Of a stretch of DNA of 64,000 bases, positions 51,104 through 62,928 are shown piece by piece. The translations under genes were made by a program, and so were the position numbers. This DNA is from Dicyema japonicum. Its lineage: Eukaryota; Animalia; Dicyemida. The stretch is from the NCBI GenBank assembly GCA_011109175.1, contig RDEW01000025.1, forward strand, positions 93,990-157,989, given 5' to 3'. Under the pieces are notes generated by a model that was not told the origin of the DNA, ran no database searches, and worked only from the letters and a program-made list of their open reading frames with translations. Numbering within the stretch: position 1 is the first letter of the stretch; each line of letters opens with the position of its first letter.

Positions 51104-52302
51104 ATGTTACGATTTGTATCACGTTATGGTTGTTATGTTTCCACTTTTTCTAATTTCATCAACCCAAGGACGTCCTTCATAGTCAGTCGTCGGTTTCAGA
51201 GCACAAATATCCCTGACAGCGATGAAACTGATTTTATTCCTCCCCCTCCAACTCTAATACCAGAACCACCACCGACTCCTGATTTAAATATATTGGGTGA
51301 GGAAACACTGTCTTCACTCGGACTTGGTGGATATAGTCCTGCAAGCCTTTACAGATTGTCGATTGAAGCCTTGCACGTGCATGGGTCACTTCCTTGGTGG
51401 CAGGCTATTTTATGTGGAACCTTTGTCATTAGAATCATTATGTCGCACATAAACATATGCCAGGTGAGACAATCAACGAAACTCACCAACGCCACTAAGA
51501 AAATTGAGGATTATAAGGAGAGGATCACTGCGGCACGACTTTGTGGGGACAATATTGAATGTAAGCTTAAATTTGACTTTCGTAGTGTCTAAGGTCTCAA
51601 TAGAGTTTCAAAGTTTTATGAAGAGTATGAACATTAAATATCGGTATTTCGCCTACTCTATGCCCGTGTTTTTTCTGACGTACACTGGACTGAGATCGAT
51701 GATAAATTTGCCTGTGCCAAGCTTTAGAACAGGCGGCACTGGCTTCTTCCAGGATCTCACAGTCTATGATCCTACTTATATTCTTCCATCCCTCACTTGC
51801 GTTTTTTTAATAACCCAATTTTTTGTAAGCTGACCCTGAATGATTTCTAGATTTCAAGGTCAACCATGCCCCCTATGGGTAGGTTAATGAAGCTTTCCAT
51901 GCCGCTTCTGCCTTTCATTGGTTTTGCAATGATTTATAAATTGCCTGCCGTTTGTCTTCTTTTAATATTTAGGGTATGCTTCTTCATTGGACCTGCTCGA
52001 ATTTCCTTGCGTTGGTTCAGACTATTATATTCAAGAATGAGAGGGTCAAGGATGTCTTGAACATACCCACAGTTAAGACCGAGGTGATTAACGTGAAAAG
52101 GGGATCTCCTAGGAAATCGATTTTTGAAGAACTTTCTGGCAGTAATAACTGCTACTGACTCCTAGTTTATAAAAATGTTAGTAAAATGAAAACTGTGGAA
52201 GAACGCCTAAAACATGATTCTGATGTTTTCCTAAAGTCGGGGTCTTCTCCCATAAAAAAGACATTTTTCAGGGATCCTACGAAAAAACACAATTTGAAGT
52301 AA
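51104..52302 (+). CDS. OXA1L: Mitochondrial insertase OXA1L, spliced
   Basis: Presequence; LGLGGYSP...LPWWQAI; [24 protein letters not shown]; HWTCSNF. Confidence 0.92.
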
Positions 52303-52330
52303 ATAATGATTTTTGACTATAAAAGGTGCT

Positions 52331-52980
52331 TTATTGTCTAAAATTCAATTTTCTTTCATAATCAATAGTTTTGTGTACTGAATATGTCAAATTTTCTATT
52401 TTTCTTTTAAAGTTCACATCGACGCTTTTAAAGGGGTCAGGGAAGGGGTACTTTTGAGTTTCTCTAGGACTTCCTTGAGGATAGAATGAGTAGTTTCTTA
52501 TCATCGTTGGAGGTATGGTTTTTCTTTGTGCTTCTTTTGATGACATTGGTCTTTCGATTTCGTCTGTTTTCAACTGCAGTCTCAGATGAAGAGGTACCTC
52601 GAGGGTTTCCCCCATGGTGGTGTTTATGCTGGGGTTTTCGTCAGGGAGGGGAGTCCAATACGTGGTACGTTTCAGAGCCCTTCCTTGTATGGACAACACT
52701 TCTAAGTCTTCCGTTTGCTTTTTGTCTTTATTTTGTGGGAGGAAATGGTGATTCTTATGGTTGGACAATTCTCGATATAGGGATTTCTGGTTACTTTGAA
52801 TTTTCAACAAGCAGGAAATATTCGGATTCGTTGTTAACTCAGTCGTGAGTTTGTTTATGTTATTTTTGAATAAATTCTTGCTTGTGTAATTTTCTTTAAC
52901 AATTTTGTTAAGTCTAAGCATTTTTCATAACCTGACCTTTTTATTGAGGAGATTGTGGCTGAATCATAAGGGAAACTCAT
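52331..52980 (-). CDS. Hypothetical protein (~205 aa, one 24-nt intron)
   Basis: Long open exon plus an upstream ATG exon with a GT-AG intron; no family recognised. Confidence 0.6.
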
Positions 52981-53850
52981 TTATTTACCGAAGCCGCAGT
53001 TTATTGTAAATTTTAAGTATTTAAATAATAAAAATTTGTACTTTAGAAAATTAATTTAAATTAATTTATCGAGATTTTAATTAAAAATTATTTTTTTACG
53101 TTCAAAAATATTAAATAATACATTTTAATGGACGTGTTTCCTCACAATATTTGCGATTCTCAGTTTTTAAATTTAATTTTTTAGTGAAACTGCCTAATTA
53201 ATGAGTGTAACTTTTTTTTTATTTGTGTAACTAATTGTAAATATTCAATAATTTCTAACCACAGCAAGCGTGTGTTAGAATTAAAAAATACATTATGTGT
53301 GGGAGATCAGTACAAGATGCCCCCTCTCCGATATCGGACTTTTTTTTCGTCCGTCTTGGTTACCTCTTTTAACCTGGTGATCACGGGAAAACTTTTTTTT
53401 ATTATTGAAAGGCCCAGGTAGCTCCGTGATTAGGAATTATAATAATGGTACTTTGTTTAATCATCCCCCACTTGGTAATTGACTAAAGATTTTTCTTAGT
53501 GCTCTGTGTTCCTCATCTTCCCTCGTTCTACTAAAGTAGCTTATGTGATCCAATTGTCTTATGTGATGCTCAGTCTCAGGACAACACTAAAAGGATCTCT
53601 CTCAATCTATTGGAAAGGTTCACACAATTGAAAAGGTAGTTTTTAATTAACAGTCTGTGTTAAATGAAATTATTGCTAGTTGGGATCACAGGTGAATTAT
53701 TACTTTAACTTGGAAAATAAGAAAATTTAAAAAAATCAGAAAATAATAATTTGATAATATTAAAATTTATTCTAAATATATTTATTAATTTAAATTTTAA
53801 ATATTTTTTCTTAAATTACGTTTTTGTGGTTGTTGCCTTAGTTGAAAGAA

Positions 53851-54840
53851 ATGAGTTTCACTACAAAAAGTGGAAGAGTAGTAAAATCTACTAATTCTGA
53901 AAATATTGTTTCATCAAATATCCTTGATTCAAAAACTTATGAAGAAGAATCAACATCTGAGACTAAAACTATTCATGAGACTCGAAAACCTGGTCCTCAG
54001 AGAAATTTGGCCACTAATCGATTTGAGGCCTCGTCTTCTAGAATGCCCACAGTCCGACTGGGGAACAAGAAGAAATTTAAGAAGAGGATTCGGAAAATTC
54101 ATACAGAAGAAGAAATGGTAGACAGTTCTGGTATGAATTATTCTCATTTCAGGCAATCCACTGACGGAGGAAGAAGCTAGGAAGAAAAAGCGTAGGATGA
54201 GATCAGAGAAGAAGCTGAAGAGACCGTGGAATGCCTATCAAGTTTGGGGAGAGCCTCTGCGGAAAAGAATCCTCGTAAAGTACCCCGACATGGATCTCGG
54301 ACAAGTGAGCAGTAAGTTAGCGGAAATGTGGCGCAATGTACCAGAATCTGAAAAGGCGGTAAATTTCATCCAAACCATAGTCTTGGAGAGCAAAGGCAAG
54401 GATGTTGGCAGGTGGGTCTTTCCCTCCTTCCAGACCAGGTCGAAGTGACTTCAAGGTCAACCACGAGGCAGCCGCAGAGTTTCATCGGCTATCTTCAAAG
54501 GCATATAATGACGAAATTTTGTTTGATTACGTAAGCGTTTCCATTTACTTGGCAGACCCCTTCCTTGCATCCAATCTCTACTGCCACGTACTTTAAGCTA
54601 TTGGGGGAGTCTTTGACTACTGTCGGGGAGAAGCTGTTGGACCATAAGGTATCGTTGTTTGTTTAGGCATAGGGGAGTGTGGCCATTAACGGTAGTCTTT
54701 CTGTGATCCTCGATTCAGTACTGTGTATGATTGCCCCAATGCTGTGTCTCACTCACCAAATTCCTAATTTGGCTTGTCTTGATAAAGCTCAGCTTGGGAA
54801 TATTCTAGAGTCTATCGTTTATATTATGCCTGGACTTTAG
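53851..54840 (+). CDS. HMGXB4: HMG-box protein HMGXB4, spliced
   Basis: AYQVW...SKLAEMWRNVPESEK; C-terminus LLGESLTTVGEKL...GSLSVILDSVLC...YIMPGL*. Confidence 0.92.
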
Positions 54841-56119
54841 CTTTCTTTCTTTGATAATTTAAATTACTTGATTACGCTTATATTTAATATGAGGGTTCAG
54901 CAGGTGGTCGTCTAGTACACTGTATCTCCTTAAGAATGACGTAGCCCTTTAATGACCAGGTAGCTTAGTGGTCGGGATGTAATGGTGTAACAATTGACCC
55001 TGGTTTTGAGTCCTTCGTTGGATGCTTGTTCATAGGTTACTATTCTTTTCCTCTGTTTATTGTCTTCTCTCGCTCTACAGGAGTGGTGTTATGTGATCTA
55101 TTTGTCTCAAATTAATCTTAGTGCAAGATGGTATGAAAAATATTATTACACACTTAATTGCAAAGAATCAATCCTTACTTTTTTTGCATTTAGTAAGTGG
55201 TGACATTGGATGCTATTTTTGCAACTGTGGGAATTTAATACCTTTAATTAGTTGTTGACTAACTTGTTTCTATGTGTACTCAAGTTATCAAATAGACATA
55301 CGAGACATCGGGTACATGAATTTTCCGAAATAAGTTAAAGTCGAATACGTCAATGTGGTTTAATCGATTCTAAAAAATAGGCTTTGAGCTAAAGGAGGGT
55401 CCAATCTTATAGTCTCAAATTTAATGCAACTAACGCTAATTTTATCCACGATCAGGCTGCATGTGTATTAAGCTCCTCGAGGGATCATATTTTAGTAAAG
55501 GAAGTATTTGCACATGGATTTAGCAAATACAATACAATATCATGATTGAACACTTTATGGCTTACAAAGAAAAAAAACTATAGAAGTATGAGAGGAGACT
55601 TTTAATGAACAGTGTCTCTTCAAAATGCTGGTTTCTCACATGAGTAGTTAGTTTCGTTTTACTTTGACTTAGGAATTTTCATTTGATTTTTATGCTAGAC
55701 GTCTACTAAAAACAACATATAAATAAACTTAATGCCACTGCTGATATGAGAATACGGTTGCCAGAAGACTTTCACTTCAAATGGAACCATCGAAGAACTA
55801 TTTAGAGAAGTGGGCACCCCATCGATTATTTATATGAAGATCCTAAGCAGAGAAGAATCATTAAGGACGTTATTCTAGTGAAGTCGGTGAAGATGATCGA
55901 TTTCGGCCCACGGAGAAGAATACGTTGATAAGCCCTAATATATTTATGTTTCTCCTTGACATTAAGCGAAATAATCGAAGAAACATGGTGTAAAATCACA
56001 AATATGAGTTGAGTGAGTATAAAACCGTAATGCTAACGATAAAGTAAATTTAAAATTCCTAAAAAATTAATTAGTCAAGTGGTCAATTAGTCGGAGGGTT
56101 TATGGATTATTTTATTATT

Positions 56120-56870
56120 ATTTATTTAATAACCCCGAAAAGGGAACACCAAGAAAGAAGGAGTAATCCAACTAATTAAGTGATCCCGGTACGCCTCAAC
56201 AGGATCGAGAGGTTTTTTCCTGTGTTCCTCCAGAGTACCCACGGCTTTCCTGAATAGACGACGATCATCTTTTCATTAGAGTGAAGAGGAGTGGGTTTTT
56301 CCCCAAATTTCGTGTATTTGAGCCTTTAGCCTTGAATGGAAGAAACGATTTGTCTCTTGGCCACACAGACCAAATGAAGCCGGAGCCATTATTTTTGATT
56401 GCGGGCGTGGTCAAGCATTGGAGGGAAAAGATCGGGGGTAGATTTGTTTGACGTGCTAGTTTGCCAATTAGGGTATTGATCTTGAGTGAATTGATATCGA
56501 AGCTCCATAGGCCCATGAGGCACAGGGCGTACTCAATCGTCGGTTTTTAGGAGTTGATTGAACACGACGAGGGCGCATTCCTGTGAAGGTTTGGACTTCA
56601 AGAGCGGTTTGATAATATTAAGTTTTCCTGAGACCCTTTGTCATAACGTTCTTCACATGTTTGAGAAAATGACATCAAAAGGGTCAAATGTCACTCCCAG
56701 GATAGTTGGACGAGTCTGTAGTGGTAAGGAGTCTCCAAAAATGTTCAAATCAAGTGTATGTTTTTCTTTTCTGTCCGTGGTGAAAATTGTATATGTTGAT
56801 TTGTCCCTGGATACGGAGAGACGATTCAACTTCAACCAGTCAGAGGGTTAATGGATGGCGACTGCATCTA
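56120..56870 (-). mobile_element. Jockey-like LINE 3' part
   Basis: PTILGVTFD; ends GGGATCACTTAA, hairpin and (TAA)n. Confidence 0.7.
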
Positions 56871-57079
56871 TTGCACTCAATGTTTATTTTGCTTCATGGT
56901 GGAGCCCTTGTTTACTTCTTTTGATTAAAATTCAATCAGAGTCATAATCGTCCGACATCTAACAGGTGCAATTGGTATGGAGATATGAGACTTCGAGACA
57001 AAACGTAAAAACAACTCCCTTGGATACAGTGATGAATTCTACAAGGACTGCATAGATTCTTTGTCTTTAATAAAAACTT

Positions 57080-57567
57080 ATTATTACTTCAGTATCACCT
57101 GGTTAAAAGGAAGGAGAAAAGTTCCAACCTAACTAAGTGACCCCAGACAGACACATGATAGGTCCTATCCGAAATGGAAGAGAATCCTGGAGGACATGTA
57201 GTTATCTCGTATCTAGGGCGGGTTTTTAAAGTATTCATTCATGACTTCATAGAGGGAGTTGTTAGGGCAGAGTAGCTACCCAAAACATCATCTGTTGTCG
57301 TCCAATCAAAACTGATTCCAGAGATGCGGGCATAACCTAGTGCGGCCCATGAGACGATCAAATCTACTAGCCTTTTCCAACTCCCCCAGTTGCAAGAAAT
57401 TCTCCTCAGGACATCCAATTTAAGTTGCCGTTTAATAGGCTTCAGGTCGTTGTCAAGCACTGATGATAAGGTAATGCGTGGGCGACCACGCGATTTCTTT
57501 CGTGAAATAATACTCCTAGTCCTGTTGGCAGTGGTTGATCTGTTAAGGCGTAATATGTGTCTCATAA
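57080..57567 (-). mobile_element. Jockey-like 3' end plus RTE-like 3' fragment
   Basis: GGGGTCACTTAG end; SRGRPRITLSSVLDNDL. Confidence 0.6.
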
Positions 57568-57569
57568 GT

Positions 57570-58950
57570 AGGGCGATTTTTTTAACCTAAAAAATAAAAA
57601 ATTTAACCTAAAAAATTAACTTTATTAACCTAAAACCTAAAAAAATTAACCCAAAAATTTAACTTATAACTAAACTAAACAACAGTAAAACTTTGTTACA
57701 CATACAAATTACATAATTTTCTAAATTTTGGTAGAAAATTTCGATTGGATCTTAGAAAACTCTATCTCAGAGAAACATCGTTAAACCGAGCACGAGTTGG
57801 CTGACAATTCAGGAGTATTGAATACTCGGCAGGAGATATGTGTGAATTAGTCATTTTCATTATGTTTGAAATATTATTTTTGAAGCCTTTTATTTATGTA
57901 TCTTTAATAAATTTGTTGTCATCTTCCAAATTCCAACGATTCTAAACTATCATATGCTTGTTCAATTGTGGAGCGTGTACTTTGGTAATAATATCCGCAA
58001 TAGCGACATATTCAGAAACCTGGAATGTTCGATAGCTTCGGATATGGTCACATGGACTGCAAACTAACATGTGTTTCTGAGACTTTCTTTAGCTGTTCGA
58101 ACTAGATATCTATCATCCGCGAATGATTCGATAATATTTTGAACTCCGATCAGATTTTCTGAATAGTACGGCCTTAAGCCAAGTCCCCTAGCACACGAGA
58201 TGGAATGGCGATGTTTCTGTCTTTGAATATTAGTTTTCTTCTATTGTTCTTGTTAATTGGTGCTTGTACAGTAGCTATCATCAAATCAATTTCCGGATAA
58301 GTCTCTTATTTTCTCACAACAATTGTGTAATAGATGAACGGCACATGTGACATGAATAACTTGGGTAAGATTTTTAGGTATTTTGCCAGCTAAAACAAAA
58401 TTTTACCTGATTTCATATAATTTGCAGCATCCGAAATTAACAAAAGGAAATTTTCCATTTGAACCAAATTATTTCCAAGTGCATCGTTGATCATCTGAAG
58501 TAATGATGTTCTTGTTAGAAGCAGATTCTATCGCCTTAAACGATATCAATATGTTGTTTCAGGAGAATTTAACGATCCAATCATCACAGCAACGTATCTT
58601 TGGCCCCGGATTTTTGTTTCATCCGTATTAGCAAAAACTTTTTGATCCAATATGATTTGATCCACACAGTTTCTAGCTTTTGAGGAACTCGTGCTGAGCC
58701 TCCGTAAAACAATTCTCTAAAGCCACGGCATAGATAGTTTGTTTAGTGGAATATCAGATTTTATAATTGCTCTGGTTATTTGTAGAGCCCAATCATCATT
58801 TTTGGAATATTAGTCAATGTGTCCTTGGTGGCGATTCGGTCAGAGAATGTACAAAAAATAATTGTTGTTTCGCAAAACTCAATTAATTTTGATGTTTTTG
58901 TGAGGCTCCACTGGAATTCACAAAATGCCTTTTCTAGGTTAAAATAAATT
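57570..58950 (-). mobile_element. hAT (CGGBP-like) transposase relic with terminus TAGGGCGATTTTT and TTAACCTAA subterminal repeats
   Basis: IHVTCAVHLLHNCCEKIR, LLNCQPT, ENY; many disruptions. Confidence 0.65.
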
Positions 58951-59450
58951 TTAACTTTTTTAATTTAACTTTCCCTACTCATGCAGCTATTTTAACTTTT
59001 TTAACTTAGTTCTCCTACTCATAAGCAGCTTCCATCAAGATTCAACAATATCTAAACCTAAGCGTCCTGTTCTGTATTTTGTTAGGACTTTGTTGGTGTT
59101 TTGTTAAGACTCGTTCTATTAACATTCGATGGAAAGATTCTAGCGATTCAATCAATTTGAAATGTTAGAATTATTGATTCGGCAAAAAATTAAATTTTTA
59201 TCTGAAATCACTAAGAATTTATTGAAATGACTAAAATAATGACATTAATAACAAAAATCAATATATATTCGAAATTTGAATATTTTTTATTTAAAATTAT
59301 TTTTGTTTACATGACAACATAAAAATTTAAATTTAAGCTTTTAATTTCGTGGCGGTTTTAATTTTTTATATTTAAAAAATATAATATTAATTAAATTATT
59401 TAAATTTTAAATAAAATATTAAATTTTACTGCCAAGTTCTCTCGTTGTTC

Positions 59451-60096
59451 ATGATTCAGAAATCAATTAAAATAGTTTTAATTGGAATGGGTTCAGTTGG
59501 GAAGACCGCCCTAACCCTTCAGTTCATGTACGACGAGGTACAGTGAATAATGTAATTCTCCAGTTCACTGAGGACTACGAACCAACCAGGAGTGATATAT
59601 ACAGGAAGGATCTCTCAGATCCTAAATACTGCAATAGACATCCTGGACACAGCTGGGCAGGAAGCCGCGGGGAATATTCATTCCTCCCTTGTGAAGCAAG
59701 GACATGGCTATATGCTTGTTTGCTCCGTCGATAACATGGAAAGTGTGGAATCTCTTGGCCGTTATCGGTATTACCTGTGTTCCTGATTTCGTAGGGATGA
59801 GGTTCATAGACTGAACCCTTCAAGCGAAAAAACACCGATATTGCTGGTAGGTAACAAAATCGACCTTGACGATCGACCCAACTTCGAGAAACAACTGAGA
59901 GAGAAGGCCTCCTTGTGGGGCGTCCCTAGTATTTTTACCTCAGCTAAAACCTGCAAGAATGTTACTGAAGTGTAAAAAAGGTTTATTCCAGGCTTTTATG
60001 AAACTTTTTGAAATGACTAAAGATCTAATGGAATTTGCTGATTGTCCCGCTACTACTAAGGCGGCTAAGAAAAGTAGTAAATGCTGCTTTTACTGA
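59451..60096 (+). CDS. Divergent Ral-like small GTPase (frameshift near 59610)
   Basis: [41 protein letters not shown], C-terminal CCFY. Confidence 0.8.
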
Positions 60097-61899
60097 ATTT
60101 CCTATATTTTTATTATGACGATTTTATGAAAACTATGTTTTCATATTTTAATTTTTATCCTTAGTTGTGTAGGAAACTAGCTTTTGCGTGGTATCTCACT
60201 GTGGTTAGATAAACAGATTTTTTATCAGCCTTTCCGTCGAGGGGTAGTGATGTTCCCATTTACTTAACCCCCTGCTTAGGCAAGACATACCTTTTTATAG
60301 AAAAGGAAAGAACAGTTATCCTAACAATCAAGGAATAAGGCCAAGACACTGAGAGTGTTCTTAACTTGTTCCATTGTCGGTTTCGTGCCAGTCCCTAGAT
60401 ACGGGGATTACATTTTATTAAGAATTTGGTTCGCCATATTTTTAAGTTATTTAATAAATAATTATGAATTAATTAAATTATATTTTTTGTCTACATTAAC
60501 TAAATTTTTGACCACATTGTAAAATAACCACATGAATGGTTGATTGCGAATTTTTTCGCTTGATTTGATAATACAAGGCAGGTTAGATTATGAACTTCGT
60601 GTTTAGCTGTCAAATATTTTTTCACATTCTATTTATTTTTTTTATTTTTTCACATTCTGTAATCAACTAATAATGCTCATCCAGATTCTGAAACAGGCAA
60701 AATTTAGACCAGAACGTTGGTATTGCATCCGACGCTTATTACTTCAGCAACTTAATGTATTCAATGACTCTATCACTTCATTCATGGACAAAAACAGAGA
60801 AGATAGGTTACATTTATCTTGAAAAAATATTTCGTGCAATAAAGGTATATCTACACATCAACCTTCCGAATCACGACTAACTAACCATGGCTAGGTAAGG
60901 AGATAAATTTCGATTTAACAGGTAAATGCGCAACATTAGTCATTTAAGCTAAATTTTATTTTATTCACTTGTTAGCTATGTTAGAAGCCCTTACGCATTT
61001 CTTATAAGCATATGGGTTTTGCTTGGGGTTTTGCTTGTGTTGTGTTCCTTATTATTTTTTCTACTAGTTTCTTCAATGTAGAACTACTCAACCATCAAAA
61101 TTACTAGAGATTTCAATCATTCAGCCAACTACCAGGGAAGTATCGAACAATCAATAAAGTAAGTAATTTTAAAAATTCAACGCATGACAATCTTCAATAA
61201 TCGATGTACTCAGTTAATAATTATTTACACAGGGAGAATAAATAAATGTATTATCTTGGCGATTTTAATCTACAAAAAAGGCAACATGATCTTATTTCTA
61301 AAACTTTAAAATCACCACATTACTTCATTTTCTCGAATCAATAGAAATCGCCTTCTTCAGATTGGACTCAGTAATCTCTCCTACTTTGATGTCCTTAGAT
61401 CAACCACACGCCACTTCCGCAAGTCGGCAGGAAGCAGAAATGTACTCTTTATCAGACAAATTATCCAATATTTTTGTTAATAGCATTTTACTAAATTTAA
61501 CAGCTTGACAAATTTATTAACTAAAAGTCAAAAATTTCCTTATTATTAGCAGCGTACAGAGAACCAAATAAACTACACGTGCAGTTTCTGGCAGATTATC
61601 CTTAAGCTCTTTCAATTTTGGGTTGGAAAATTTTGAACTCGTGTATGCTCCCCATCGACATTTGTTTTGTTCAAGACCTTAAGTTCCCGATGTTTTCTGA
61701 GTTCTTCATCTTGTCAATCAAGACTAACTAGAAATGAAAGGTCCATCATGGAAATAAACAAGCATTTCATGGAATAGAGGGCGTTACTACCTCTGACTAA
61801 TTTCACTACATTTTGATAGATAGCTGTAAAATAGAGTATCTCAAACTTTTCTTGGATGAAGAAATCTCAGAAAAAATTAGACAGCTTCAGTCTTGCACC

Positions 61900-62240
61900 C
61901 AGGTTATGTTTCTAAGCAAACCGAAGATCAGAAGAGATGGAAATACCAAAGAATTTCAGACGATTTCTTGTTTGTCTCATATACTGTAAAGACGTCAGGT
62001 ATTCTTGGCCCATAAACGGACGATCTATTTTCACATCCAGAAATGCAGTTTTTATTCTAAGAGATTTATAAAGGGTAGCTCCAAAAAGGCACATATTATC
62101 TATACCACTAGACCGATATGTGCTTGTGGAATCGAGGGAGGAGCATCGGGCCAAGATGAAGCCCCTGTTAGAGCGTGCTGGGATCACGTGATTAGTTAGT
62201 TTGTGTAACCGTGGTTTCTGGTGTTATTATTATTAAGACA
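61900..62240 (+). mobile_element. Jockey-like LINE 3' end
   Basis: GCTGGGATCACGTGA end, hairpin, (TTA)n tail. Confidence 0.6.
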
Positions 62241-62284
62241 CTTTATTTTAAGTAAAAACAGTTATTATAACTAATCGATGAGAA

Positions 62285-62503
62285 CCAAGGAATGCTCTTC
62301 ACTCCTTTTTTCTTTTTGTTGTGTGTATGTCCTTTATAGACTATCCCGTTCCGACGTGATATTTTCCTTGATGACGGTGTCACTCGTCAAACCAAAACAT
62401 CGTAGATGCGTGGTACCTTCAACTGAATATACATCAGCGAGATTCGAACCAGAAATCATCAGGCCTTTTGCCAGGCACTTATGACACTGCACCATCCCGG
62501 CTG
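62285..62503 (-). mobile_element. tRNA-derived SINE, copy 5
   Basis: GGTTCGAATCTCGCTG B box and shared body. Confidence 0.8.
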
Positions 62504-62928
62504 GGTAGCATCAAAAAGCAATAAAAATTTTCTTTTTTTGTTATTAACATATAATGGGGTTTCCGTACAAAAGTTTTCATCAATCATGAAGCAAAGTGTA
62601 CATTCGCTTTAATGGAGTTGTCACCACTTTAACCTATCTACAATTTATCACATGGCAAATTAAGCGTGGTCCTTTTCAAAGAAGATTTTTCTAAGCTCCT
62701 CCAATTTTAGACAGTCGGTTGATTCTCAACATGTTTTGCGAATATAAATCTTGATCATACGTCACTCACAGGTCCACGATCGTGGTGTAAAAATCTATAC
62801 AAAAGCGATCAAAAATGATTAATTTAATATAAATATAAATTTGTTTTTTTATCAAAATTAATTTATATTATATAATAAACATAACAAGTGACCTAATTAT
62901 AACCAGTGACGTGTTCATTAACATTTCT

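Noticed and set aside
53128-53640. Small plus-strand gene
   Set aside because: Cannot be spliced into an open frame; contains a LINE-end-like motif
54955-55030. tRNA-like A/B boxes
   Set aside because: Too degenerate, no cloverleaf, single copy
57580-57680. Telomere-like TTAACC(T/C) repeats or a chromosome-breakage site
   Set aside because: Irregular, and immediately inside a hAT terminus; better explained as subterminal repeats
60500-62810. Faint APE (ILGDFNL), hAT and pogo motif traces
   Set aside because: Too decayed to delimit or classify reliably
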